64,000 nt of DNA from Eremomyces bilateralis CBS 781.70 (taxonomy: Eukaryota): assembly GCA_010015585.1 (NCBI GenBank), contig ML975154.1; one strand, given 5' to 3'. The notes beneath the pieces were generated by a model. The model had not been told where the DNA came from and did no database searches. It saw only the letters and a program-made list of their open reading frames with translations. The position numbers and the translations under genes are program-made. Below, one piece after another: positions 22,926 through 35,538 of this stretch. Positions within the stretch are counted from its first letter, which is position 1. The number at the start of each line of letters is the position of its first letter.

Positions 22926-25900
22926 GATCGACAATCAATGGTAAGGGGTTGGTTCTCGGAAGAATAGATGTAATAAGACGAGGCGATGTCTGTAATGGAT
23001 GGAATTGAAGATTGAACAGCACGGAAGAAGCGAGCGGCTGCTGATAATTTCGAAAAATGGTGAAGGTGAAGGTTATTTGTTGTGTGAAGAAGAAGAAGAG
23101 AAGAGTAAGTGAACGGGAGTGGTTCAGGCGGTGAGAGAGTGAGAGTTTCGTTGTCGGGGTGAAGGCCGTCCAAAGTGATGGTGGAAAAGTGATGGTGATG
23201 TTCCGCGACAACCGCAACAGTGTGTGAAGCTTTCTATCGTCCTTATCCCGGTATGATAGAGTCTTTCTATCTCCTTCTCTTTCTGTGCTGGCCGAGTCGA
23301 CTCAATGATGAGGGATAGAGTGAATGACCGAGTGAATGATCTCCGTTTGATGTGGACTGGATTCGTTTCGGAGTTTCCGCCTTTTCCCTCTTCAGGCACC
23401 GATTTCTCACGGTGCTCCGAACGTAACTCTCCCGCTTTCGATCGATTCAACCAAGATCCTTTCCACAACACGCAAAGTCCGACTCCTCCTGAGGGTCGGT
23501 CGGATGCAATGCGACCTCGCAAGCGAATGAGCAAACGAATGGATGGACGTCGAGTCCGATGGATTTCGATTTCCTTTTCAGACGGTCGACGATCTGACGA
23601 TATCGTGTTCCTGGGACGACGGAGCAAATGAATGACAGTGGTGGCTTGGGCAAGAAGCCAGGTAAATGAGCGACTGATCTTGCGGGGTTCAACGCAAGGG
23701 ATGGGCGGAAAACGCGATGGAGGAAGGAAGAGAAATGGTCAACAGACGGGAATGAAGGAATCAGAACATCAGAAATTCAGAACATCACCGAAAGCCAAGG
23801 AATGCAAACAGCAAAGCAAACTAGCATTGCTGGTGAGGAAAAGAGAGGGAGATGATGATAGGGAATAAGGGAAAGCCAAGGTGGATCGTCGTTGTCTCCC
23901 GTGAGTCCCGTCTAGGCAAATACCAGTCTAGGCGAATAGGGTTGGCGGAAGGTTATGAGACAAACGGGGCCACCTGCAATTTACAGCTCCTCCACGCGAT
24001 TACCAGAGCAGCAGGCAGGTCATTGCTTGGAAGTCGGGCATTGACCAACCCTCCCGAAATAGGCTCCTCCATATAATTTCACGGCATCCTTAGCCTGAGG
24101 ACTATCAGACCTCATCTCACAAAGTCTCCATCACCAGTTTGCGAATCTCCCCGACCGATGCCATGACGGCGGTCGTCGCTACCGTTGGTTGTCCTACAAC
24201 GAAACCTCCATGTCTCAGCTTCTGCACAGAGCCGAACCAGATCGTGCAAGTGCTGGAGCGAGAAGTCAGTTTCCGGTCGTGCAGCACAGGTACCGTATCG
24301 TGAGGTTATACATCGGAAGGGAAGAGAACGATGCTGGGATGCTTTCACGATGTCCCCTTCACCGGGCCAAAAAGGAATTCCAAGTACTAACTAGGTGAAA
24401 ATCCATGAAAGATTTCCGGCGAGGAGACGGTGCCAATGCAGCAGGGCATGCCAGGGCGCGATACGGACCCTGCGCCATATTGCACCTTGCCCCTGCCCAG
24501 GATCAAGCATCGAACCTTCTCCGCAGCACGATTCCGAACCACCTCATCTCTTGCTCTTACGAAATTAGGGCAGCCAGGACAACAATCGTCGTTTCCAAGC
24601 ACTGCGACGCTGCCGCTGATTGGCAGTATCGGAATTCGTATGGAGCCAAATGAGGTGGCCACGACGGCTGCCGCCCATTCCACCGCAGATTGGATATTAG
24701 CGTGGTAGTGCAGACGAGGCACGGAAACCACTGCAGGAACCGTGAAACAGAAGGATTAATTTGTACAACCATGACTCCACGAGAGAAAGCTAGGATCACC
24801 TAGCCGCTGGGGGATTCGGGAGACTTCAGAGTTCGTTGCAGAAACATTGCGTATCAGGCGCTATCAGCGTATGGAGTGACGAGAAGTTGAGACAGTCCGC
24901 CCCGAGCTGACGACACCATCGGATATTGCTTGTGAGTTGTGCACTTGTGCTGCTTCGCGAAGAAGCTCGTGCTACCTTTATTATCTGCTTTCTCCATCCA
25001 AGATTAAATGCCGATCAGCCGTTGGTTGGACAGGGAGAGCCCGAGGAGATCGTGGTTGACGATCATATTTTATCCATGGTGCTGGACAGACATCAACGTG
25101 CGCCTACTTTCTCCTCCACATTTTATCTATCTGATATATCTCCCTGTCCGTCAGTATCTGCTATAGTGCTATTATATGCATTTTCGGGGTCAATGCCAAT
25201 GGACGTCATCGGTCATCCTGAAACATATCTTTCCCTTCAACCGGTATAGAAATGAGCGGTGTCTTTTCCTTCTTAATGATAGGGAAAAGATCGGGTACAG
25301 AGTCGCACCAGCGTCAATGAAGAACGATACACCGCTTCATTGATCTTAAAGGAGAAGTCTTGGATAATTTCCTTCGTTGTCATGATTGGTATGGCACCGT
25401 TCTGGTACTTGCGCTTTCGATAGGAAACATCTTTCGAGTGACACTGGGAACAAATCGGGTCAGTGTCTCGGTCCTGATGAAATCTTTGTTATCCCAGCTT
25501 CATTCTCCAGAAAATATGTCTGTGGCTGTAATACCTATTATGCTCCTTATACCTTGTTTATTCCGCTATACCTGAACACAGCCTGTTAATATCTCCAGTC
25601 TATCATTTTCTCTTGCCTTTACAAGTTCAGTTCTTAACCTGTTGCCTGCACTCAAAGAAGTTGCCCCACAATGTCCATGTTCTCGAAGACAGTGCTATAC
25701 ATAGTATGCAAGTCGCTTAGAATCATGCATTGAGATTTGGGAAGGTCATACGTTTGGCTAATGAAGGCGATTTTTATCCTAGAAATAGATGATCCACAAA
25801 GCCATTGTCTTGATAGCCTTATGCTCCGAATGTTAGTAGCTTGGAGCAAATATGATCCTCGCATGCGCACAGCGCTTAAACAGTCATGCTATGAGACAAG

Positions 25901-26222
25901 CAGCAGCAAGTCTGAGGCTTCGAATTCAGGTCTACGGCCTTGTATTCAGGTCGGTATAATGATAGTAATCGCTAACTTTCCGAGATCTAGGGTTCTTCCA
26001 CCTACGTTAAAGTGTCTTCTCCCCAATGGCCGTCATCGCCAACTGCGCGACATCTAGGTTACAACCGGAGAATATTGCGAGGAGTGGGTTACTACGCCAA
26101 GACGCAATATCCTTAATTAACTATTCCCAGCAATATGGATTCTGAGCAGGTCATTTGTCTGGATACTTGATCAGAGAACATCACCGCTTACTTCTATATA
26201 GGGACCGAACATTCGCGTATTG

Positions 26223-28812
26223 ATGGAACGACAGCGGGGTCATGAAAGTTCCGAAGCAGTCGAAGAGAGCTTGATCTCGACAACAGATGTGTACTCATCA
26301 AATGGAGCAGTCACCAGCATTTCCAGTGAGTTGGGGCTTGATCCTTCGGTCTTTGGATCGCCGAACCCTTCCATCCGTTCATTTTCTCATTCCTCCTAAA
26401 GCGGGAGCGCATTGCCTAGCCGTCCCTCGCAAGCCCGCACGGAAGGGCTCCTAACGACAGAACCGGACACTCCAACAGGGAACTTGGGTAGGGCGCTTTC
26501 CCGCTCTCATGCCTCACCAAGTCTAGCACTGTCAAATCTTCTGCCCGTGAACGGCACGCCGGACAGCAGAGGGCTGGAGGACTCGGTGGCTTACACGGTG
26601 CTATATACGGAAGATTCTAGCAGCAGGGATAGCGTGGTACGACTCTCGGCGGATCGGTTCGACGAGATTCAAGTCAAAAACTCGGACAATATCCTCGAGA
26701 TCGAGAAGCAATGCTCGGTTGCTTCGCAGCCTTGCCAAAACTCACGCATCACACTAAGATCACCGATGACGTAATGTCGATCCATAGTCCGTATATATTG
26801 GGGATTCTCCCGGATCTCATCGGATATTATCCAAGCGAGGGCCTTTACAGCTCAAGCAATCCAATGCTGGGCCAATAGCGCGCCTTGCGGATCGAAAAAC
26901 CCTACAGGATGTTCGGAATCGACGCTATCACACGGATGAAGGATGCTCGAGAGAAATATGAACAGATTGCTGAAGGCGGCGGGCTAGATCCTGAGACGAT
27001 CGCTCAGTACGGCCTCACCGCCCAGCATTTGTTGATGCTTGAAAGAGTTCTGGACCATGCCAGAAGTACCAGGATCGCTGATGAGGAGAGAAGGTACGAA
27101 AGGAACCCTCCCGTTGCGACCTTCGACATGCTTTGGCTCCTCTTCCGGCCGGGTGACGTCGTCTATGCGAAGATTGGCGATGACTTTATCGCCTGTCGCG
27201 TTTATCTTCTCATTTGGGACCTCGAGAGAGACCCAAGCGAGCATAACGTTTCGATTAAACTCTGATATCTCGATTATGATGGTAAGGATTCGCTGTATGT
27301 CTTATTATACGTTCCTAGCCCTATTTAAAGCCAAGCGTATCAACCGTGTTTGGCATTCTGTTACGGTTTCGAAGCTTCATGACGAGAGGAAGATCCCCGA
27401 TCTCGACATCTATCCGATGAAGTTCGCTGTGGACAATGAATTTGGGAAGCGGCTGGTCGAAAGAGGACGCAAGTATTTCCAGCTACTAGCACCTCATGCC
27501 CCACAAGCTGAGTACAACGGTTATGCATACCGACACCGAGGAAGGCAAGAGAAGTGCTTCGTGAGCAACCTCAAACTAACTGCAAACGATGAACTCCTTT
27601 TAACAGTATCATGGAAACACCATCGTTGACCCTGCATTCAACATTTATGAATATGGCCCTGATCGGGACGATGAAGAATGGGTCTCGAAGGACGATGTTT
27701 TGAACGATAAGTATTCGCGCCACAGTGATGTAAAGGGCTTCGCGGACATTGACCCAAAGTCGGGGGACTTGCATTTGGCGGATGACCATTACAGGCTCAT
27801 GCCGAGGTGGATTCGAGTGTTCTTGCTCGGGACAAGGACTTGGTGTAAGCTGCAACGACAACCTTCAGGCGAAGGGATCTAACCAGTATGTACAGCCTAC
27901 GTGATGTGGATGATATCAGTGACTGTAAGTGCCACCTGTCATACATTTAACCTGCACTTCAAAAGCTCATCATCTTGCCCTAGATGTCCCCAGCCGCTCA
28001 ATCATCGATACTCTGGTCATTGATGAGACGGATCTGCGGAGTTTGAAGGCTTTTACAAGGGTGTCTTATCGGACGTCCTTTGGCTCCAGTGGCCATAGGA
28101 CATTCTCAATTGACCCAATCAAGGGGAAGGCCGAAGGCAGAGTTATTTTATTGCATGGTGCGCCGGGGACAGGGAAGACATATTCGGCCGAATGTTTAGC
28201 TGAGTGGAATGGTTTGGTCACACCAAGCGATTCCGAGTAATCAATGCTAATGAACCGGAATAGAGCGACCACTTCTGCGCCTGTCGTGTGCTGATATTGG
28301 TATTTACACATGGACCATTGTAGTTTGACTAATACTGCAGCTGACACATGCCAGGCACTGAGCCAGAAGATATTCAAGCAAGGCTGAACAAATGGTTTAG
28401 ATACACGTACCATTGGAACTCATTTCTGCTGATTGACGAAGCCGATGTCTATCTGCATCAGCGGTCCAGTAGAAGCACCTTGAATGAAGAAGCAATCATA
28501 TCCGGTATGGTGGGACAGTAACACACACTGATCAAAATATTTCTAACAATGGCGATTGTAGCGTTTCTACAGAGCCTTGGGTACTACCGTGGCATTATTT
28601 ACCTTACCACGAACCGCGTCCTCAAGTTCGATGACGCCATCCACAGCCGCGTATCACTGATTTTGCAATACCCCAACCTTGGTGAGAAAGAAAAGAAAAG
28701 GATACGGGAGCAGCATCTTACTACGCTGGAAAACACCAAGCGGTACGACATATGGAAAGGGGCACGGAGTACATTCGAAGAGGACATTGCTCAAGGTAGG
28801 ATAGACAGGTAG
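26223..28812 (+). pseudogene. Disrupted fungal AAA+ ATPase (family with a DUF7025-like N-terminal region)
   Basis: Colinear motifs IHSPYIL..LIGYYP, IEKPY, TFDMLWLLFRPGDVVY, LVERGRKY, DPIKGKAEGRVILLHGAPGTGKTYSAEC (Walker A), LLIDEADVYL (Walker B), YYRGIIYLTTNR..FDDAIHSRV; recognisable introns. In-frame stops TAA 26397, TAG 26876, TGA 27263 (*YLDYDG) and a frame change near 26740-26770. Confidence 0.85.
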
Positions 28813-28920
28813 TGGATTTTTTCCAAGCATCCAAGCTCCAAGATGGGGAGTTCTCCGCGAAACCAGATGTTAATGATAGTCATTTGTTTCCTTCGCGTCG
28901 CTAGCCGGCATGCATCCCAC

Positions 28921-30174
28921 CTATATTTCCCTGAGGGCTGGTTCGAGCGATATAATTGGTATATCAGCGGATTCTCCTTGATACAGATCCAGATTCGGTG
29001 GTTCAGGGGGCCTTGAGATAACCCTGTCATCTAAAATCCTAGATATAAGGAGAATTTTGGCCTTGTTTTCTTTGACACAACTGTCCAGTGTGTTGAAAAT
29101 GCTTTCCCATACGTCGGTGTCCTCTATCCCTTCTAGGGTCTCAATTCCGTACAGGATGAGGTACGGGAAATGTCCTTTCCTGTTCCACTCTGATACAGTT
29201 TCAGTTGTACTCTCTTCTCTGGTTGGCGTTGGAAGAGAATTCGTCCAGTTGGCCATCACGCGCTCAAGTGCCGGTAAAGTTGTATTGCAATCACCTTGAG
29301 CGCTACAAATTGCCAGCAAGGGGACTTGGAGGATAGAAAGCTCATCGGCAAGGAAGCTGCCGATTCACAGTAACTTCTCGTCTTCGACCGTGCATTCGAT
29401 CCTAATCATTGATCCAGACGATTCCCGCAGCCATTCCCCAATGCTGATTAAGATGCCACTTCGGTAATTGCATCCGATCCCGCAACACTACGATCATGGC
29501 ACAGGACTTCGCACATCATATCTGTGTGGACTGCCTGGAGTGATACGATACCGTCTTGCTTCTTGTCAACCGAAGCTAGAACTTTGCTGATGTCCGATGC
29601 TTTTTCGTTTCTAACACGATGGTGCTCGTCTTGTTTTGCCAAGTCCTTATCAACCTGCTCCAGAATATCCTTTCGATGACTTTGATCCGCTTGTCTGTTT
29701 CAGTGTTAATCGTGACATTGAGATTTGACTTGGGCCGTGAGGCTACGTATCAAGGGAGGAGACGTATGTCTGAAGGAATTGGAACTCGAAGTTCAGCACA
29801 GCACCAAGGCTCGAAAGACTTCCTTGTATCTCTCGGATCTCCGACTCTTTCATTTTCAAGTCAATCTGCTTGATAATTGGTACATTCCTCAGGGTGCTCC
29901 ATCGCTGAGGGTTGCCAGATCTGTCACACATTTCTTTAACGGACTCAGATATCCTTTGCTCCTCTCAATCCATGTATCCACGTTTTGATTACTCGGCTGA
30001 GATCTTTGATATTCCTCTATCTGGTCCAATAGAGACACCAAATTATCTACCCATGCCTTTGTATTTTGAAGCCTTATTTTGCCTTGCTTGTAAGTCACAA
30101 ATATGGCGCAAAATGCCCTCACTGTCGTCGTAAGGGCGAGGCCCGGCTGCGGTGGCCCCAAGTATCTCTGCCAT
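28921..30174 (-). pseudogene. Disrupted NLR-like gene: helical N-terminal domain plus degenerate NACHT-like domain
   Basis: ATG 30174 gives MAEILGATAAG, then a 1-nt frameshift to LALTTTVRAFCAIF... (hydrophobic N-terminal helix typical of fungal STAND/HeLo-like N-termini). Downstream EWLRESSGSMIRIEC, YLILYGIETLE (Walker-B position) and KILLISR (cf. KILVTSR); several stops and frameshifts; no GxxxxGK seen. Confidence 0.55.
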
Positions 30175-31288
30175 AGCCTTGCGATTTAGCAAAGTGCTTG
30201 AGAGGAACTTGGAGACAAGTCATGGCTCCGGCGCCTCATCGCAGGTATTCATATACGACGATGGTATGAGGCGCTTCTCGCAGCCTTGCGCAACCCTTGA
30301 CAGCATGTATGCAGTTGTTATGCAGCTTCACACTGAAAGCGGGGCTGTCCAGCCTCACCAGCTGAAATATTCATGTGACAAGGCAACCATTAAAATGATT
30401 CTTCGGTATTTGACCCGAGGCCCCTATTCGGAGATTTCAAGAGGCGTTAATAGAGGAGTTCTAACAGGATTCTCTTGAGCACATGGATGCACTTCAGAGT
30501 GTTTATGCACATGGAAAATGTTGGGAGTTGTTGCCTTGTTGCATTATCCATAGTCACTATGGCAACCATCAATGGTAGTTAAACCTTAATAAATACCTAT
30601 TCATTCCGTATTGGTACCTCAAAACCAATGGGGAGCTTTCTTTGGGCACAACCAGTTCCTTGATAACACATACAATATAAGTAATACATGAGACCAGGTC
30701 TGATCACCCAGATCCAGGCTGAAACACCCTGATCAATTTCAAGACATCACTAGGAACTGGCGAATGTGGCCCAACCCAGACAAGCTTTCTCTCACACCTT
30801 CAAATATCTGATGGTTTGGAACTATTTTACCTAGTAGTAAAAGATTTAGGGTTACCATAGATATTATTGTGTCACGTTTTCCCTTTTGCGGTGTGCCATA
30901 AATGAAATGCACTGATCCCACTGAAATTGCTATGACAGCTTCAAGGGCCAAGAACAAGCGTCAACGAATGAATTTAAGAATTTCTAATGTAACAATACCC
31001 TTTCGCTATTGAGTTAGTGCCTCTTTCAAGACAGTTTCTGTCTAAGGCGCTGCTTAGGTCTTGGTTTGGTTCTTTAGGTTTTGACAAGTTCGTTCACTCA
31101 TTGTCTGGAAGTAATTGAAAACCAAAACTAAACACTGCCGTGGTACCTCAAATTGTCTTACAGAGACTTAGCCATCCATTACTCGAAGACGTTCTTTAAA
31201 TTTGATAGTTGCTCAACATATATTGATCTTTATATATATCTGATTATACGCCGAAGACCAATCATCATTAATTTCCTACCTTCGCACA

Positions 31289-31849
31289 ATGTCAAACCAA
31301 GACCACACACCAGAGGCTATAAAGAAAAAGAGGGATGAGCGTCGAAAGCGAATACATACTTCTGCCGTGGAATGGCAGCCATTCTTTATCGGAGCTTTAG
31401 CCGTCAACTACGTTCTCTTATTAGTCGTGGCAGCCGGTTATGCCTTTTCAGAGCGAAGCACTATTCCTCGATGGTTGGCAATCATGTCTTTCGCCGTCGC
31501 TGTAACTTGTCTCACAGCATTTTCTATCGGCTGGATGATCCATCTAAACTGGCTTCAGGATTGGACTTGCTTTTCAGCTATATCCACATCTGGGTCTCTG
31601 GATAATGGTAGTCCAACCCTTCCAGTAGTTAACCATTTGCTGGGAAGCAACTGTCCTCCCCCTCCGGAAATTGATACAGAAGCTGGTATTACAGATCGTT
31701 GGCGGCCAGATACACCGGGGTACGGCGTTCAAGCACCACAGCAAGTGTATATCGGCAGCAATCACATACCAGACCAGCAATGGCAAGTGAACCGTGCAAA
31801 TAGGGTAGTGGGCATCCAGCCCAGTATCATTGAGGACAATGGGAGTTGA
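31289..31849 (+). CDS. Orphan small membrane protein (2 predicted TM helices, 186 aa)
   Basis: ATG ORF in AT-rich surroundings; TATA-like TTTATATATAT about 55 bp upstream; basic N-terminus then two hydrophobic segments (FFIGALAVNYVLLLVVAAGYAF; WLAIMSFAVAVTCLTAFSIGWMI). Confidence 0.5.
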   Translation: MSNQDHTPEAIKKKRDERRKRIHTSAVEWQPFFIGALAVNYVLLLVVAAGYAFSERSTIPRWLAIMSFAVAVTCLTAFSIGWMIHLNWLQDWTCFSAISTSGSLDNGSPTLPVVNHLLGSNCPPPPEIDTEAGITDRWRPDTPGYGVQAPQQVYIGSNHIPDQQWQVNRANRVVGIQPSIIEDNGS

Positions 31850-31949
31850 GTGCGTCCTATGGAGCGGCTAAAGGCAGAGGAGGTGAGTTTTCACTAAAAA
31901 GGGGCTCTACCGCGTCAATCATTTAACACACGATCCGAAATTAGGATGG

Positions 31950-33800
31950 AACCACTCTACCTAACAAAACGACCTCTCCACCAAACTCTGTTGGCCAGCG
32001 CAAAGGCCCAACCATAACCCCTTTTGGCTAATCGAATGAGAAGGGCCAGAATGAAATCCCTACTATCCAGGCTGCTATAGAGGCTGTTGCCACGATCTCT
32101 AACAGAATGACGCCTCAACCAGGCTCTGCTGCCCACCGCGAAACATCAAACCTACCGTTTTCAGGCTCGCCAAAAGACAAGCAGGACTACAATGAAATGC
32201 CCACCACACAAGCCGTCAATGAGGCTCCCGCTATATCCGATGTAACTCGTGGTCTAGACTGTTCAAGCTCCCTCAAAGACCAACCTAGAGAAAATATCCC
32301 TAAAAACACGGCAAATAAACCAACAAGATATGTACGTTCTTGGGGATCCAAAGTGAGGACAAGAAAAGGGACGCCAGAAATCAAGACAGTGGCGAATGTG
32401 TACGACGCAACCAGGTTGCAGGACTCATTGATATAAACAGATATGGATATGGTGGCTCTCGGCACATTCTCATGTAGTCCTGTCACTCCGAGGACAACAT
32501 TCCTTGCCACCAAACCACTGTATATAGATCCTAAATAGGCACGGAGGTGCATTCTCCTTGATTGAGCATCGGTCAAGTTCAGATCATCTCCTGGGGGCGG
32601 GTATCTTCCGATACTTTTCAGAATTGTCAATACCTAAAGTAGACCCTTTGCCTTCTAAAACCAATGATGCGGTGATACTCTGGGAGACAGCAGTCAGACA
32701 GGGGTTAGTCTGACAAACACTCTAGTCTCTACCTTAGATCGCCTAAAGCTATAACTAATCAATAATTACCAAGCACTCCTTGCATCACGTCTTCCATCCA
32801 AGGCTCCAAAGGGGCATATGCGCTCGCAAAATTGAAAAGGTTGCGTCTGAATGCTTGATCGTGCACTGCTCGTAGGCCAGTCTTCTTTATCGATTCTTGG
32901 TAAACTTCTTTCATCAATACCTCCTGAATTGGAGTAAAAAGATATTGGCGTTCAGCCGTGGACATGAGCTCTGATTCACCCTTCACCTATTTCTATAACT
33001 CGAACGCGGTGGGATTTTCAGAGGATAGCTGGTCCCTGGGGATGATGACCATCCATGTTACGAAGATGTGCGCTTGCTTTGGGTCGACTGAGTCTGACTG
33101 ATGATGGCAGCATTCGAGATGCTTGAACTGTTGTTCTGGAATTTTACTCGAGCAAAGCAATCGAAATCCGACTAGTCTCCGCGTGTCCCATATTCTAATT
33201 CCAAGGCAAATAAATGGCGCGAGACACCATGAGCAGTGGCGAGCAGGGTGAGCAGGTTGAAGATGTGAGGCGGCGGAGGAACCAGTACCCTCCAGTGGCT
33301 CGTACCACGTTTCCCTTATTGCTCTGCCAATGATCTGTTCCTTCGTACAGGGTAGGGAGTCTCCACGTCGGTTCCCGGCGAGGTCCTCGGGATCCATCAG
33401 TAAGGTAAGATATCCATCTTCAGTCAGCGTTAGTCTAACATCGTGTGTGATTAGCAAGTCGCGGAGACAGTCATGAGTCTCAAGAACTTCATCTTCATTA
33501 TGCACACCAGTCCACCGTGCGAACCGCTGGAGCGAGCCTTCGAACGGTTCCTTGCCGACGCCACTCAAATTTCCTGCGAAGTACGTTTGAATTCGCCAGA
33601 GAGCCAGTGTCACCGGTTGGAGTTCGGGCCAGGATGGTGGACCGACCTCTACAAGCTCGACAGGATACCCTCATATTATCTTCCATATTGAAACTCAGTG
33701 GTACATTGTCGACCATGTTCAGGGGCTTCGTTGATCGAACCCGCCTTAAAAAACTCGTCCAGGCACCATGAGGCAAGATCGTGAATATTCAAGCTCAATC
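31950..33800 (-). pseudogene. Heavily fragmented gene of unknown family with C-terminal multi-TM region
   Basis: Chain of same-strand ORF pieces (33613-32993, 32986-32759, 32630-32187) separated by stops; an intron-like GTAGAG..CTAAC..CAG near 32732-32682; hydrophobic helices at the 3' end. Boundaries approximate. Confidence 0.45.
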
Positions 33801-34880
33801 ATAGGATATCTTGAAGTACCACAGCTGAGACAGTATCTGGAAAATCCACCTTGGAATCCGGATACTTGGATTCATGTGTGTAACAGCGAGTGTACTCAAG
33901 TATGTCCTGGTTGATCGGAAGGTAGGCTTTCAACAATGTGAAAGTATAAATCGTCGCTCGAAGTCTCCTGCCAAATTTGACGTCGTCAACGCGCTTTCAT
34001 CAGCGAATGACCACAAGAATGAAAGACTCTGCTCATTGCAGGAGACACTTGGGCAAGGTGCGCAAGGCCATAAATATGAGGAATCCACTCAAGAATGGCC
34101 AACCGCATCTCGTACGGTAGGAGGGCAGTTTTGCAAAGTGATCCATAGTAGTTTGATCTCGAAGTTGGAGGTCGGTGGTAGTAGCAAAAGGGCCTCTAAT
34201 TGACATTTTCGAAGCAGGAACGATAAGCAGGCACTCGGTCTGCCATCGATGATTGTTCTGATGAATGTGAAGCCACGATGAGAACCGGAACATAGGATGA
34301 ATTGGATCCCGGAGAGAAATATTAATACAGGTTCAGGTGCCACTCACCAGCACACAACCTTCTCACTCCTAAGGCTAAAAGCACGTGAACGTACGGGCTA
34401 TAGACGCCTATAGTACAGCTAACAGTCATGAGCCAACGAACCACGAAGCACGGACTGAGACAAGCTGGGGAGACTGAGGAGCAGCATCGCAATTCGCAGA
34501 ACCAAGCACAAGTGCACTCTCGACTCAAATGGTAAGGTTGGAACTCGAAGACTTCTGAGTTCTGATAGGTACGTACCTGCCAAGCGTCAACAGTCTCCTA
34601 TCATCCGGACCTGACGAATCATCGCCCATTCGGGTCTCCGTTCACTCCGGAATCCCCGAGGACCCTAATGGAATTCCTAGACCCTATTCCTGGACCCTGG
34701 TATTCCCTATTGCATCAAGTCGCACGGAAGGATTCAAGTGCTGATATTTAGTGGAACGGTGGAATAGCGCGAGACTTGTAATTATTTACTGAAGCTGCGC
34801 TCCAAGCGCTCCATACCTCGTAGACCATAAATCAACCACAAGCTTGAAATTGGCATTCGGGGCTACTGGCGCCCAATTGC

Positions 34881-35070
34881 ATCAGGCGGTTGCATATATT
34901 GTTACATTGCTTGGCGGGCAACTCGCAAAAAACAGCCAAATTTGGGCAACGACTTTTGCAATTGTGCCTGATTGCAAAACTCATTACCCAAAGTTGGCAT
35001 ATTTTTGGGAAAACCATGCCAAGGAATGTAACAATATTACGTAGTAATACGTAGTATGCAACCGCCTGAT
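34881..35070. repeat. ~190-bp imperfect inverted repeat (foldback)
   Basis: ATCAGGCGGTTGCATA 34881-34896 is the exact reverse complement of 35055-35070; 34896-34915 pairs with 35018-35037 (1 mismatch); 34935-34962 pairs with 34971-34998 (24/28) around an 8-nt loop. Confidence 0.9.
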
Positions 35071-35538
35071 CTCTTTGCCAAGCCGTTACCAACGTCAGAC
35101 TAACTGCAGGCAATAAAGCCAGGCAATCGACTGGTTTTCATAAGGGCTAAGAATACCTACTGTAGGACCCCGGCTAGGGCCCCGGCTAGGGGATCTTCAC
35201 TCTTCAGCCTCTAGCGTTTAGGTGGGAATTGGGATTGTTGGTACTCCGTAATACTGCTATTTTGGATATTTCACCATTGTCCGTTTCAGACTTTCAGACT
35301 TGGTTTCAATTTTACCTGTCTACGCGCCGTTCGACGTTTATAGTTCCTTCAATTCCATCATTGTAGGCAGAATACCTTGCCTTCATTTCTTTTGCATCGC
35401 GTGCGTGTTGCTCATGCTTTTGCGTGGTTATGGTGTTCATTTCTTGAGTTGGTTTGTTGTCAGCTGCGAGCCGAGCCGCTATTGAAGAATTTCATATCTT
35501 ACTGCCGTCGTGCTGGCACTGCAGAGTGCTGACGTCCT

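Noticed and set aside
30612..31152. 12-bp direct repeat TGGTACCTCAAA at 30612 and 31141 flanking AT-rich DNA
   Set aside because: No TIR or LTR structure between the copies; not enough to call an insertion.
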